Of a DNA stretch of 52,621 bases, positions 36,696 to 44,589 are shown in pieces. The stretch lies in the NCBI GenBank assembly GCA_035352955.1, contig DAOPYQ010000012.1:1-52621 (forward strand), given 5' to 3'. Source of the stretch: Candidatus Omnitrophota bacterium (lineage in GTDB: Bacteria; Omnitrophota; Omnitrophia; Omnitrophales; Aquincolibacteriaceae). Within the stretch, counting starts at the first letter, position 1; the number at the start of each line of letters is the position of its first letter. The position numbers and the translations under genes are program-made. Under the pieces are notes generated by a model. It was not told the origin of the DNA. It did not search any database and worked only from the letters and a program-made list of their open reading frames with translations.

Positions 36696-37793
36696 ATGAC
36701 CATGACTTTAGATACAGAACCGCGTAAACTCTCGCTCCACGAAGAACACCTCCGTAAGGGCGCCCGTATGGGCGATTTCGGGGGGTGGCTTGTCCCCCTT
36801 TTTTACACCAGCATCATGGAAGAACACGCCGCCGTTCGTACCAAGGCGGGCCTCTTCGACATTTCTCATATGGGGGAGATCCTTGTTGAAGGCCCGGGCG
36901 CGCTGGATTTCCTCGAGAAGAACTTGCCCCGCCGCATCGCTCCCGTGAAGCAGGATCAGGCCATCTACATGCCGCTTGTGAACGATCAGGGCGGAATGGT
37001 GGACGATATTATCGTTTACCGGCGCGGGGACGACCGTTTTATGATCATTGTGAACGCCGGGAACATTGAAAAGGATTTCAACTGGTTTAAAGCACGTGCG
37101 CCGAAGCACGTGACGGTTACCGATCTCAGCGAATCGATGGGACTTCTGGCGCTTCAGGGGCCGCTTGCAATGCAGATCCTTTGCGAGGGGTTCGGGGCCT
37201 ATTACCGGGATCTCAAACGGTTCCATTGCCGGAGTTTCGAGGAGGGCATGATCGGCCGGACGGGTTACACGGGGGAAGACGGTTACGAGATCATGGTTCC
37301 CAAGACGAAGCTCAAGGCGGTCTGGGACGTCATCTTTCGCGTCGGGGAAAAACATGGGCTTTTGCCGATCGGGTTCGGTGCGCGCGACACGCTCCGGCTT
37401 GAAGCGGCCATGCCGCTTTACGGCCACGAATTGAACGATGAGATCACGCCGCTTGAGGCGGATCTCGGGTGGGCGATCGACTTGACCAAAGAGTCTTTCC
37501 CCGGGAGTGATGTCCTTAAAAAACAGAAGCAGACCGGTATCACGAAAAAAAGGATCGGTTTTGAGATGGTCGACCGCGGAATCCCCCGTAACGGGTTTGA
37601 GGTCCAGAAGAACGGACAGGGGATCGGGACGGTCGCGAGCGGTAGTTTCATCCCGACCACCGGCAAGAACATCGGGATGGCGTTCGTGACGGCGTCTGAG
37701 GCCTCGCCCGGCAATGCGATTGACATCATGATCCGAGGCAAAGCGGTCAAAGCCGTCGTGGTTTCTCTACCGTTTTACAGAAGGAAAGGATAA
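36696..37793 (+). CDS. gcvT: Glycine cleavage system aminomethyltransferase (T protein)
   Basis: LFDISHMGEI and GRTGYTGEDGYEI, with GcvT similarity along the whole length. Confidence 0.95.
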   Translation: MTMTLDTEPRKLSLHEEHLRKGARMGDFGGWLVPLFYTSIMEEHAAVRTKAGLFDISHMGEILVEGPGALDFLEKNLPRRIAPVKQDQAIYMPLVNDQGGMVDDIIVYRRGDDRFMIIVNAGNIEKDFNWFKARAPKHVTVTDLSESMGLLALQGPLAMQILCEGFGAYYRDLKRFHCRSFEEGMIGRTGYTGEDGYEIMVPKTKLKAVWDVIFRVGEKHGLLPIGFGARDTLRLEAAMPLYGHELNDEITPLEADLGWAIDLTKESFPGSDVLKKQKQTGITKKRIGFEMVDRGIPRNGFEVQKNGQGIGTVASGSFIPTTGKNIGMAFVTASEASPGNAIDIMIRGKAVKAVVVSLPFYRRKG

Positions 37794-37844
37794 AATGCGC
37801 ACCGTCCATCCCGTTATTTTTATCATAGCTCACCGGAGGCAAAA

Positions 37845-38237
37845 ATGAATTTTCCAGAGAATCTTCGCTATACGAAAACCCATGAATGGATCGTCGCCCA
37901 GGGCGTCAAGGTCAAGGTGGGTGTGACCGAGTACGCTCAAAAAGAGATCTCGGACGTCGTGTTCGTTGAGCTGCCCAAGAAGGGACTCGTTGTCCAGCAG
38001 GGCAAGACCGCGGCGGTCGTAGAATCCGTCAAGGCCGCTTTCGATATTTACGCGCCGGCCTCCGGAAAAGTCACGGATGCCAATACGACGTTGGAAGGCA
38101 ATCCCGGTCTCGTCAATCAGAGCCCGTACGGTGATGGTTGGATGTTCGAACTCGAGCTGAGCAATCCCGCGGAACTGAACACCCTTATGACCGCGCAGCA
38201 GTACGGCGAGTTCATCCACCAAAGCGCCAAGCATTAA
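37845..38237 (+). CDS. gcvH: Glycine cleavage system H protein
   Basis: 130 aa. YTKTHEW and the lipoyl-lysine motif VESVKAAFDIYAP. GGAGG RBS upstream. Confidence 0.95.
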   Translation: MNFPENLRYTKTHEWIVAQGVKVKVGVTEYAQKEISDVVFVELPKKGLVVQQGKTAAVVESVKAAFDIYAPASGKVTDANTTLEGNPGLVNQSPYGDGWMFELELSNPAELNTLMTAQQYGEFIHQSAKH

Positions 38238-38251
38238 GCGAAACCGCCCGC

Positions 38252-39589
38252 ATGCCGTATCTGTCCCTCACCGAAGAAGATAAAAAAGCATTCCTGCACC
38301 AGATCGGTGTCCGCTCGTTCAGCGAGCTGATCGCGTCGATCCCGCAGTCGCTTCGGGACCCCAAAGTCTCGATTCCCGAGGCGCTCAGCGAACCGGAAGT
38401 CCAGGGCCTGATCACCCGGCTCGGCGGGAAGAATACCACCACAAAGGATTTTCTTTCTTTCCTTGGCGCCGGGAGCTATGAACATTTCATCCCGGCCGCC
38501 CTTGTAGAGATTATCAGCCGCCAGGAATTTCTCACGGCTTACACGCCGTACCAGCCCGAGGCCTCGCAGGGGACCCTGCAGGCCATCTACGAATACCAGA
38601 GTTTGATGACCGAACTGACCGGGCTTGCCGTCTCGAATGCGTCCCATTATGACGGGGCGACGAGCCTTGCAGAAGCGGCGCTTGTAGCCCTGAAGCATAC
38701 GGACCGCTCCCGTGTTCTGGTCGCGCGTTCCGTGCATCCGCACTACCGCGAAACGATCCGGACGTATCTCGCCGGGACGCCTTACGTCCTCGAGGAATTC
38801 GGTTTTGACGCGGGCGGCAGCTTCAACCGTCAGGAATTCCTGGAAAAACTGGACGGGAATGTTGCCGGGGTGATCTTCCAGACGCCCAATTTTTTCGGGG
38901 TCGTGGAAGACCTCGAAGGAATGAGCGAGAAGATCCGTGCAAACGGTTCCGTGATGATCCTGACGGGCGACCCGTTATCGTTCGCCATTTTTCGGACGCC
39001 GGGGGAATGGGGCGCCGACATCGCGGCGGGCGAAGGCCAGCCGCTCGGTCTCCCGATGTCGTTTGGCGGTCCTTATCTCGGATACTTTGTGACCTCGCAG
39101 GCTCTGATGCGGCGCATCCCGGGACGGCTTGCGGGATTGACTCAGGATGCCGACGGGAAGCGCGCTTTCTGTTTGACGCTTCAGGCGCGCGAGCAGCACA
39201 TCCGCCGTGAACGTGCCGGATCGAACATCTGCTCGAACCAGGCGCTTTGTGCTCTCGCGGCATGTTCTTACATGACGCTCCTGGGCAAACAGGGTATTCG
39301 CGAAGTCGCGGAGATCAACTGTGACCGGGCGAGTTATCTCAGATCTCAAATTTCAAAGCTTAAAAACTTTGAAGTAGAGACCTCTCAAACGATCTTCAAT
39401 GAATTCCGGGTCAAATCCAAGAAGCCTTTTGCAAAAGTCGAGGAAAAGATGAAGGCCTGGAAGATTTTCCCCGGCGTCGCGCTGCAGCCGTTCTACCCTG
39501 AACTCAAGGACCAGTTCCTGGTGTGCGCGACCGAAACGAAATCCAAAGAGGACCTGGACCGGTTTGTGGAGGCTCTCGAAAAATGCTGA
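38252..39589 (+). CDS. gcvPA: Glycine dehydrogenase (decarboxylating) subunit 1
   Basis: MPYLSLTEEDKKAFL... N-terminus typical of split P protein subunit 1. The track start 38138 overlaps gcvH. Confidence 0.94.
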   Translation: MPYLSLTEEDKKAFLHQIGVRSFSELIASIPQSLRDPKVSIPEALSEPEVQGLITRLGGKNTTTKDFLSFLGAGSYEHFIPAALVEIISRQEFLTAYTPYQPEASQGTLQAIYEYQSLMTELTGLAVSNASHYDGATSLAEAALVALKHTDRSRVLVARSVHPHYRETIRTYLAGTPYVLEEFGFDAGGSFNRQEFLEKLDGNVAGVIFQTPNFFGVVEDLEGMSEKIRANGSVMILTGDPLSFAIFRTPGEWGADIAAGEGQPLGLPMSFGGPYLGYFVTSQALMRRIPGRLAGLTQDADGKRAFCLTLQAREQHIRRERAGSNICSNQALCALAACSYMTLLGKQGIREVAEINCDRASYLRSQISKLKNFEVETSQTIFNEFRVKSKKPFAKVEEKMKAWKIFPGVALQPFYPELKDQFLVCATETKSKEDLDRFVEALEKC

Positions 39590-41082
39590 TCTCTTCCGAT
39601 GACCGTCTCAGCTTCGAAAAAAGCAGGCCCGGACGCAGGGGCGTTGATCTTCCGAAGGAACGTTTTTGTGCCGCTGATCCGCTTGGGAATGTCCCGCAGA
39701 ATTTGAAGCGTCAAGGCCCCGCGCTTTTTCCGGAAATGAGCGAGCCGGAGGTCGTTCGCCATTTCATCAACCTGTCGCGCAAGAATTTTTCCGTCGATAC
39801 GCATTTTTATCCGCTCGGCAGCTGCACGATGAAGTACAACCCGAAGGTTAACGAATGGGCGGCCCGTCAGGAAAAGTTTACGGCGCTCCATCCGTTACAG
39901 TCCCAGGAGACGACCCAGGGGATGCTGGAGATCCTTTGGGGCCTCGAAGAAAGCTTGAAAGAGATCTCGGGTATGGATCGTTTTACGATGCAACCCGCGG
40001 CCGGCGCGCATGGGGAGCTTACCGGGATGATGCTCGTCCGTGCGTATCACGCCTCACGCGGGGACGCCCACCGGACCAAGGTGCTTGTGCCGGACTCGAG
40101 TCACGGGACCAACCCGGCGAGTGCCGCGCTTTTGGGTTACCATGTTGTCGAGGTCAAATCCAATAGTCACGGGTGCGTGGACCTCGAGGACCTGAAGCGC
40201 CACCTTGACGAGCATGTGGCCTGTCTCATGCTCACGAACCCTAACACGCTCGGCCTTTTTGAAAAAAACATCCTCGAGATCACTCGCCTGGTCCATGAAA
40301 AGGGCGGGCTGCTTTACTATGACGGCGCTAATCTGAACCCGCTGCTCGGCATTGCCCGGCCGGGGGATATGGGCTTTGACATCATCCATATCAATCTGCA
40401 CAAAACCTTTTCGACGCCGCACGGCGGCGGCGGGCCGGGTTCCGGTCCGGTCGGGGTCAAAAAGCATCTTGTCCCGTTTTTGCCGTCCCCACTGGTCGGG
40501 AAAACAAAAGACGGTTACGTCTGGGAGAAGCGGAGCCCCCAGTCGGTCGGGCGCGTCAAATCATTCCACGGGAACATCGGTGTGATCATCCGCGCCTACG
40601 CTTATCTGAGGTCGATCGGGCGGGAAGGCCTCCGCCAGGTGAGCGAGGCCGCGATCCTGAACGCCAATTATCTGCGGGTCAAGCTTAAGGACACTTTTTG
40701 CGTGGCCGTGAACGATCCGTGCCTGCACGAGTTTGTCCTGAATCTCAGCGCCTTTGGGGCCCAGGGTGTTCACGCGGGCGATATCGGCAAGCGTCTTCTG
40801 GACCTCGGGTTCCATGCGCCGACGGTCCACTTTCCTCTGGTGGTCGCGGAGGCCTTGATGATCGAACCGACCGAAACGGAAACGCAGGAAACCCTCGATC
40901 AGTTTGTTTCGGCCATGAAGCAGATCGCCCGTGAAATCGAGACGGATCCCGCGATCGTGAAAAATGCCCCGCACACGCTGCCCGTTCGCCGCCCGAACGA
41001 TGTTCTCGCGGCCCGCAAGCCGATCCTTTCCTATCGCGATATGGTGCGTGAGAAGGTTCTCGCGGCAGAAGTCGCTGCATGA
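39583..41082 (+). CDS. gcvPB: Glycine dehydrogenase (decarboxylating) subunit 2
   Basis: PLP-lysine region NLHKTFSTPHGGGGPG. ATG 39583 overlaps the gcvPA stop (ATGCTGA). Confidence 0.94.
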   Translation: MLISSDDRLSFEKSRPGRRGVDLPKERFCAADPLGNVPQNLKRQGPALFPEMSEPEVVRHFINLSRKNFSVDTHFYPLGSCTMKYNPKVNEWAARQEKFTALHPLQSQETTQGMLEILWGLEESLKEISGMDRFTMQPAAGAHGELTGMMLVRAYHASRGDAHRTKVLVPDSSHGTNPASAALLGYHVVEVKSNSHGCVDLEDLKRHLDEHVACLMLTNPNTLGLFEKNILEITRLVHEKGGLLYYDGANLNPLLGIARPGDMGFDIIHINLHKTFSTPHGGGGPGSGPVGVKKHLVPFLPSPLVGKTKDGYVWEKRSPQSVGRVKSFHGNIGVIIRAYAYLRSIGREGLRQVSEAAILNANYLRVKLKDTFCVAVNDPCLHEFVLNLSAFGAQGVHAGDIGKRLLDLGFHAPTVHFPLVVAEALMIEPTETETQETLDQFVSAMKQIAREIETDPAIVKNAPHTLPVRRPNDVLAARKPILSYRDMVREKVLAAEVAA

Positions 41083-41762
41083 TCTGGAGGTCGTTGCCCG
41101 TCATCAGTGCTCCGATGACGTTCCAGATGGCGCTGGACGAGCGCCTCTTTGAATCCCAGAAGAAGAACAAGCAGGAGCCCTTTCTCCGTTTTTATCATTC
41201 CTCCGGGCCGTGGATCAGCGTGGGATGTTCTTTCCGCCGTCCTGAAGATCTGCAGGCTTCCGGGCTTTTGCGGAACAATTCCAAGGTTCCGTTCTGCCGC
41301 CGGATTACCGGAGGCGGCTGTGTGCTTCACGGCGAGGATCTGATCTTTTCTCTGTTTATCCGGACTGAGAGTGACCCCGGGAAACTCGGGGCGGTCCGGA
41401 CGAGCTATGCCATGATCCATGAGGCTGTCCGCCGGGGGTTCCTGAAATTTGGCGGCGAGCCGGTTTTTTATGAGGCGCAGGACGATCTGGAAAAGGGGGC
41501 CGATTGCTTTGACTTTCCGGTCCAGAGCGATCTCCGGATGGATGGCAAGAAAGTCGCCGGGGGGGCGCAGAAGCGTTCGGTCGGCGTTCTGCTTCACCAT
41601 GAATCGGTCCGCATTCCCGAAGGCGTCGCGTGGAGCGATCTTGCCCAGGCGATCCGGGAAGGGTTTGAAGAGGTTTTTAGTGTCACGGTCCGGGATGCCG
41701 ATCTTGACCCGGAGATCTATTTTCAGGCTGAACGGTTGGCTGCGGACAGAGCTTTGAGCTGA
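41079..41762 (+). CDS. Lipoate-protein ligase / octanoyltransferase family protein (BPL_LplA_LipB catalytic domain only)
   Basis: RRITGGGCVLHG and DGKKVAGGAQKR motifs. ATGA overlap with gcvPB, so it is presumably co-translated with the H-protein system it would lipoylate. Confidence 0.78.
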   Translation: MIWRSLPVISAPMTFQMALDERLFESQKKNKQEPFLRFYHSSGPWISVGCSFRRPEDLQASGLLRNNSKVPFCRRITGGGCVLHGEDLIFSLFIRTESDPGKLGAVRTSYAMIHEAVRRGFLKFGGEPVFYEAQDDLEKGADCFDFPVQSDLRMDGKKVAGGAQKRSVGVLLHHESVRIPEGVAWSDLAQAIREGFEEVFSVTVRDADLDPEIYFQAERLAADRALS

Positions 41763-41797
41763 GATCTAATCATTAAAATTGTGAACCGGCGGAGCTT

Positions 41798-42172
41798 ATG
41801 GAAGAATTCGGGACTTACCTGACCAAGATCGAAGCGATCCTCGAAAAGGACGCGGCCTTTAAATTTGAGGCCTACACCTTTGTTCTGGCCGCGCTCCACG
41901 ATACCGTGACCAAGCTCAAGAAGCCGCGGCATATTTCGGGACAGGAGCTTGCGGAAGGGATCCGGAAGTACGCGCTCCAGCAGTTCGGGCCGATGGCCAA
42001 GACGGTCCTGAAATACTGGGGCGTCCACACGACGCTCGATTTCGGGAAGATTGTTTTCGCTCTGATCGAGGTCAAACTTCTTTCGAAACAGCCCGAGGAC
42101 AGGCTCGAAGATTTTGATAATGTCTACGATTTTGACGAAGCATTCGGAAAATATAAAATCCAGGACGATTAA
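41798..42172 (+). CDS. Small conserved hypothetical protein (124 aa; resembles the PVC-associated Minf_1886/TIGR04138-type family)
   Basis: GGAG RBS. Soluble helical protein (FEAYTFVLAALHDTV...GQELAEGIRKYALQQFGPMAKTVLKYWGV...FGKIVFALIE). The family call is from memory only. Confidence 0.55.
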   Translation: MEEFGTYLTKIEAILEKDAAFKFEAYTFVLAALHDTVTKLKKPRHISGQELAEGIRKYALQQFGPMAKTVLKYWGVHTTLDFGKIVFALIEVKLLSKQPEDRLEDFDNVYDFDEAFGKYKIQDD

Positions 42173-42184
42173 AAAAGCCCGCTT

Positions 42185-44314
42185 ATGACTTCCGAATTAT
42201 CCCTCACCGCCGGATTGAATCCCACGCAGAAAGAGGCCGTCACCTGGCCTCCGCAACGGCCGCTTTTGATCCTGGCCGGAGCGGGGAGCGGGAAGACGCG
42301 CATCCTCACGCACCGCATCGCCTACCTGATCTCGTGCGGCGTGCCGGCGTTCCATATCCTCGGCGTGACATTTACCAATAAGGCTGCCGCGGAAATGCGC
42401 CTCCGTATCGAGAAGCTCGTTTCCCAGCAGGTCTGGATCAGTACGTTCCACTCGACCTGCCTGCGCATTCTCCGGATGGACGGGGCGGCGATCGAGATCG
42501 ACCGCAGTTTTATCATCTACGACGAATACGACCAGCTGGTGATCATCAAGGAATGTATCGCGGAGCTCGGGCTGAACGAAAAACAGGTCCATCCGAAAGG
42601 CGTGCGCGAAGAGATCTCCCGCGCGAAGGATTATCTCGTGACGGCGTTCCAGTATGCGGGGAAGGCGACGGATCTTTATGCGCAGCAGGTGGCGCGCGTT
42701 TATCAGCTTTATGAGCAGAAAATGAAAAAGCTCAAGGCCTGTGATTTTGGCGACCTGATCATGAAGACGGTCATTCTTTTCGATCTCTGCCCCGAAGTGC
42801 TCAAGACCTGGCAGGACCGGTTCCAGCATATCCTGATCGACGAATACCAGGACACGAATCACGCGCAGTACCGGCTTGTGAAACTCCTGGCATCGGCGCG
42901 GCGTCAGATCACCGTTGTGGGCGATCCGGACCAGTCCATTTATGGCTGGCGCGGGGCGGACATCAAGAACATCCTGAACTTCGAGACCGATTATCCCGAT
43001 TCCGGCAGTATCCGGATGGAGCAGAATTACCGTTCCACGTCCGTGATCCTTGACGCGGCGAACCATTTGATCAAGAACAACGCGATGCGCAAACCCAAGG
43101 CGCTTTGGACCGAGAAGAAGGGCGGTGAGAAGATCGAGCTTTTCAACGCCTCCGATGAGATCGAAGAAGCCCGGTATGCGGTGCGGAACGTCCTGAAATA
43201 TAAAATGCAGGGCCGGACGTTTGCCGAGCAGGTCATTTTTTACCGTGTGCATGCGCAGTCGCGCGTCCTTGAAGATGAGCTGATGCGGGCGAACATTCCC
43301 TACAAGATCGTCGGCGGCACGCGCTTCTACGACCGCCGGGAGATCAAGGACGTGATCGCGTACTTGCGCCTTGTGGCATACCCGCACGATGAGATCAGTC
43401 TGAAGCGCATCATCAATGTCCCGCCGCGCGGGATCGGGAAAAAGGCGATGGAAGCGCTTGAGAGCGCAACGCACACCCCACGGGGGCTGGGTACAAATCG
43501 CCCTGACACTCAACGCACAACGGAAAAGCAAGATTCGTTGCCCGTTGAGCGTAGTACGTTGAGCGCCCCGGAGGCGACATGGGATTCCGTTCTGGCCAAT
43601 GTTCAGTCCGTTGACGGTCTGACGCCCAAAGTCAAAAAAACGCTCGCGGATTTTCACGCTTGGCTGACGAAGCTTCGGAAATCCCAGCGCGGGATGAAAA
43701 TCCGGGACATTCTCGAGAAGATCCTCGAAGATACCGGTTATGTGGCGGCGCTTGAAGCCGAGCGGACGACGGAGGCGCAGGCGAGGCTCGAGAATATCGA
43801 GGAATTTTTCAGCGTGATCGAAGATCATGAGGAGCGGTTCGTAGAAGTGCCGGACGGCAAAGAGACCGGCCAGTCCCGGCTCGAGCATTTTCTCGAATCA
43901 ATCGAACTTGTGACCGACCTTGACGCGTGGGACCAGGGCACGAACGTTCTCACACTTATGACGCTTCATACCGCAAAGGGCCTGGAATTCCCGATCGTGT
44001 TTATGGTCGGGTTGGAGGAGGGGATCTTTCCTCACGTGAATTCCTACGCCGGATCTTCCGAAGAGATCGAAGAGGAACGGCGGCTTTGCTACGTCGGTGT
44101 CACGCGCGCCCGCGAAAAACTGCACCTGTCTTACACCATCCAGCGCCGGCTTTACGGTGCGGTCCATCACAACCTGCCGTCCCGGTTCCTCAACGAAGTC
44201 CCATCCCATTTGTACGACGCCCGGACCCTTTCCGGGTACGGCGGCGGGAGTGATGACGATTTCCCCGACGACGATCCTTCCTCCATCCACGACCCCGCCA
44301 TCGAGTTCGATTAG
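42185..44314 (+). CDS. uvrD: ATP-dependent DNA helicase UvrD/PcrA (SF1)
   Basis: Motif I AGAGSGKT, motif II ILIDEYQDTN, VGDPDQSIYGWRGA, QNYRS, TLHTAKGLEF and YVGVTRAR. Acidic C-terminal tail. Confidence 0.95.
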   Translation: MTSELSLTAGLNPTQKEAVTWPPQRPLLILAGAGSGKTRILTHRIAYLISCGVPAFHILGVTFTNKAAAEMRLRIEKLVSQQVWISTFHSTCLRILRMDGAAIEIDRSFIIYDEYDQLVIIKECIAELGLNEKQVHPKGVREEISRAKDYLVTAFQYAGKATDLYAQQVARVYQLYEQKMKKLKACDFGDLIMKTVILFDLCPEVLKTWQDRFQHILIDEYQDTNHAQYRLVKLLASARRQITVVGDPDQSIYGWRGADIKNILNFETDYPDSGSIRMEQNYRSTSVILDAANHLIKNNAMRKPKALWTEKKGGEKIELFNASDEIEEARYAVRNVLKYKMQGRTFAEQVIFYRVHAQSRVLEDELMRANIPYKIVGGTRFYDRREIKDVIAYLRLVAYPHDEISLKRIINVPPRGIGKKAMEALESATHTPRGLGTNRPDTQRTTEKQDSLPVERSTLSAPEATWDSVLANVQSVDGLTPKVKKTLADFHAWLTKLRKSQRGMKIRDILEKILEDTGYVAALEAERTTEAQARLENIEEFFSVIEDHEERFVEVPDGKETGQSRLEHFLESIELVTDLDAWDQGTNVLTLMTLHTAKGLEFPIVFMVGLEEGIFPHVNSYAGSSEEIEEERRLCYVGVTRAREKLHLSYTIQRRLYGAVHHNLPSRFLNEVPSHLYDARTLSGYGGGSDDDFPDDDPSSIHDPAIEFD

Positions 44315-44410
44315 GCTCGCCTGGTCTTTTTGCTCTCCTTCTTCTTCGTTTGAGGTGCCCAAGATGCGCATCTCATCTCCGGGGTTGCTCGGCGCTATTT
44401 TCGGATACCT

Positions 44411-44589
44411 CCATTTGAACATCTGAAAATAGTTTAAAATCCATCTAGATTAATCCTATCTTGTTTGATATCAACAGGTTAAGATTGCTATATATTGCTA
44501 TAAATATTTGATATTCTATAGAGTATGAGCTATCTTTATTAGTGGATAGATAAAATAAACATACTAAAGATGTTAAACAATATCAAATT
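44411..44589 (+). promoter_or_regulatory. AT-rich leader/promoter region of the second giant gene, with three copies of a TTGATAT/ATATCAA motif and a candidate promoter TTGCTA-N16-TATAGA (44495-44522)
   Basis: There is a sharp drop in GC relative to the flanks. A 10-bp palindrome TTGATATCAA sits at 44465-44474. TTTGATATT (44507-44515) and its exact reverse complement AATATCAAA (44579-44587) are also present, the latter abutting the ATG. TTGCTATA occurs as a direct repeat. Confidence 0.4.
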
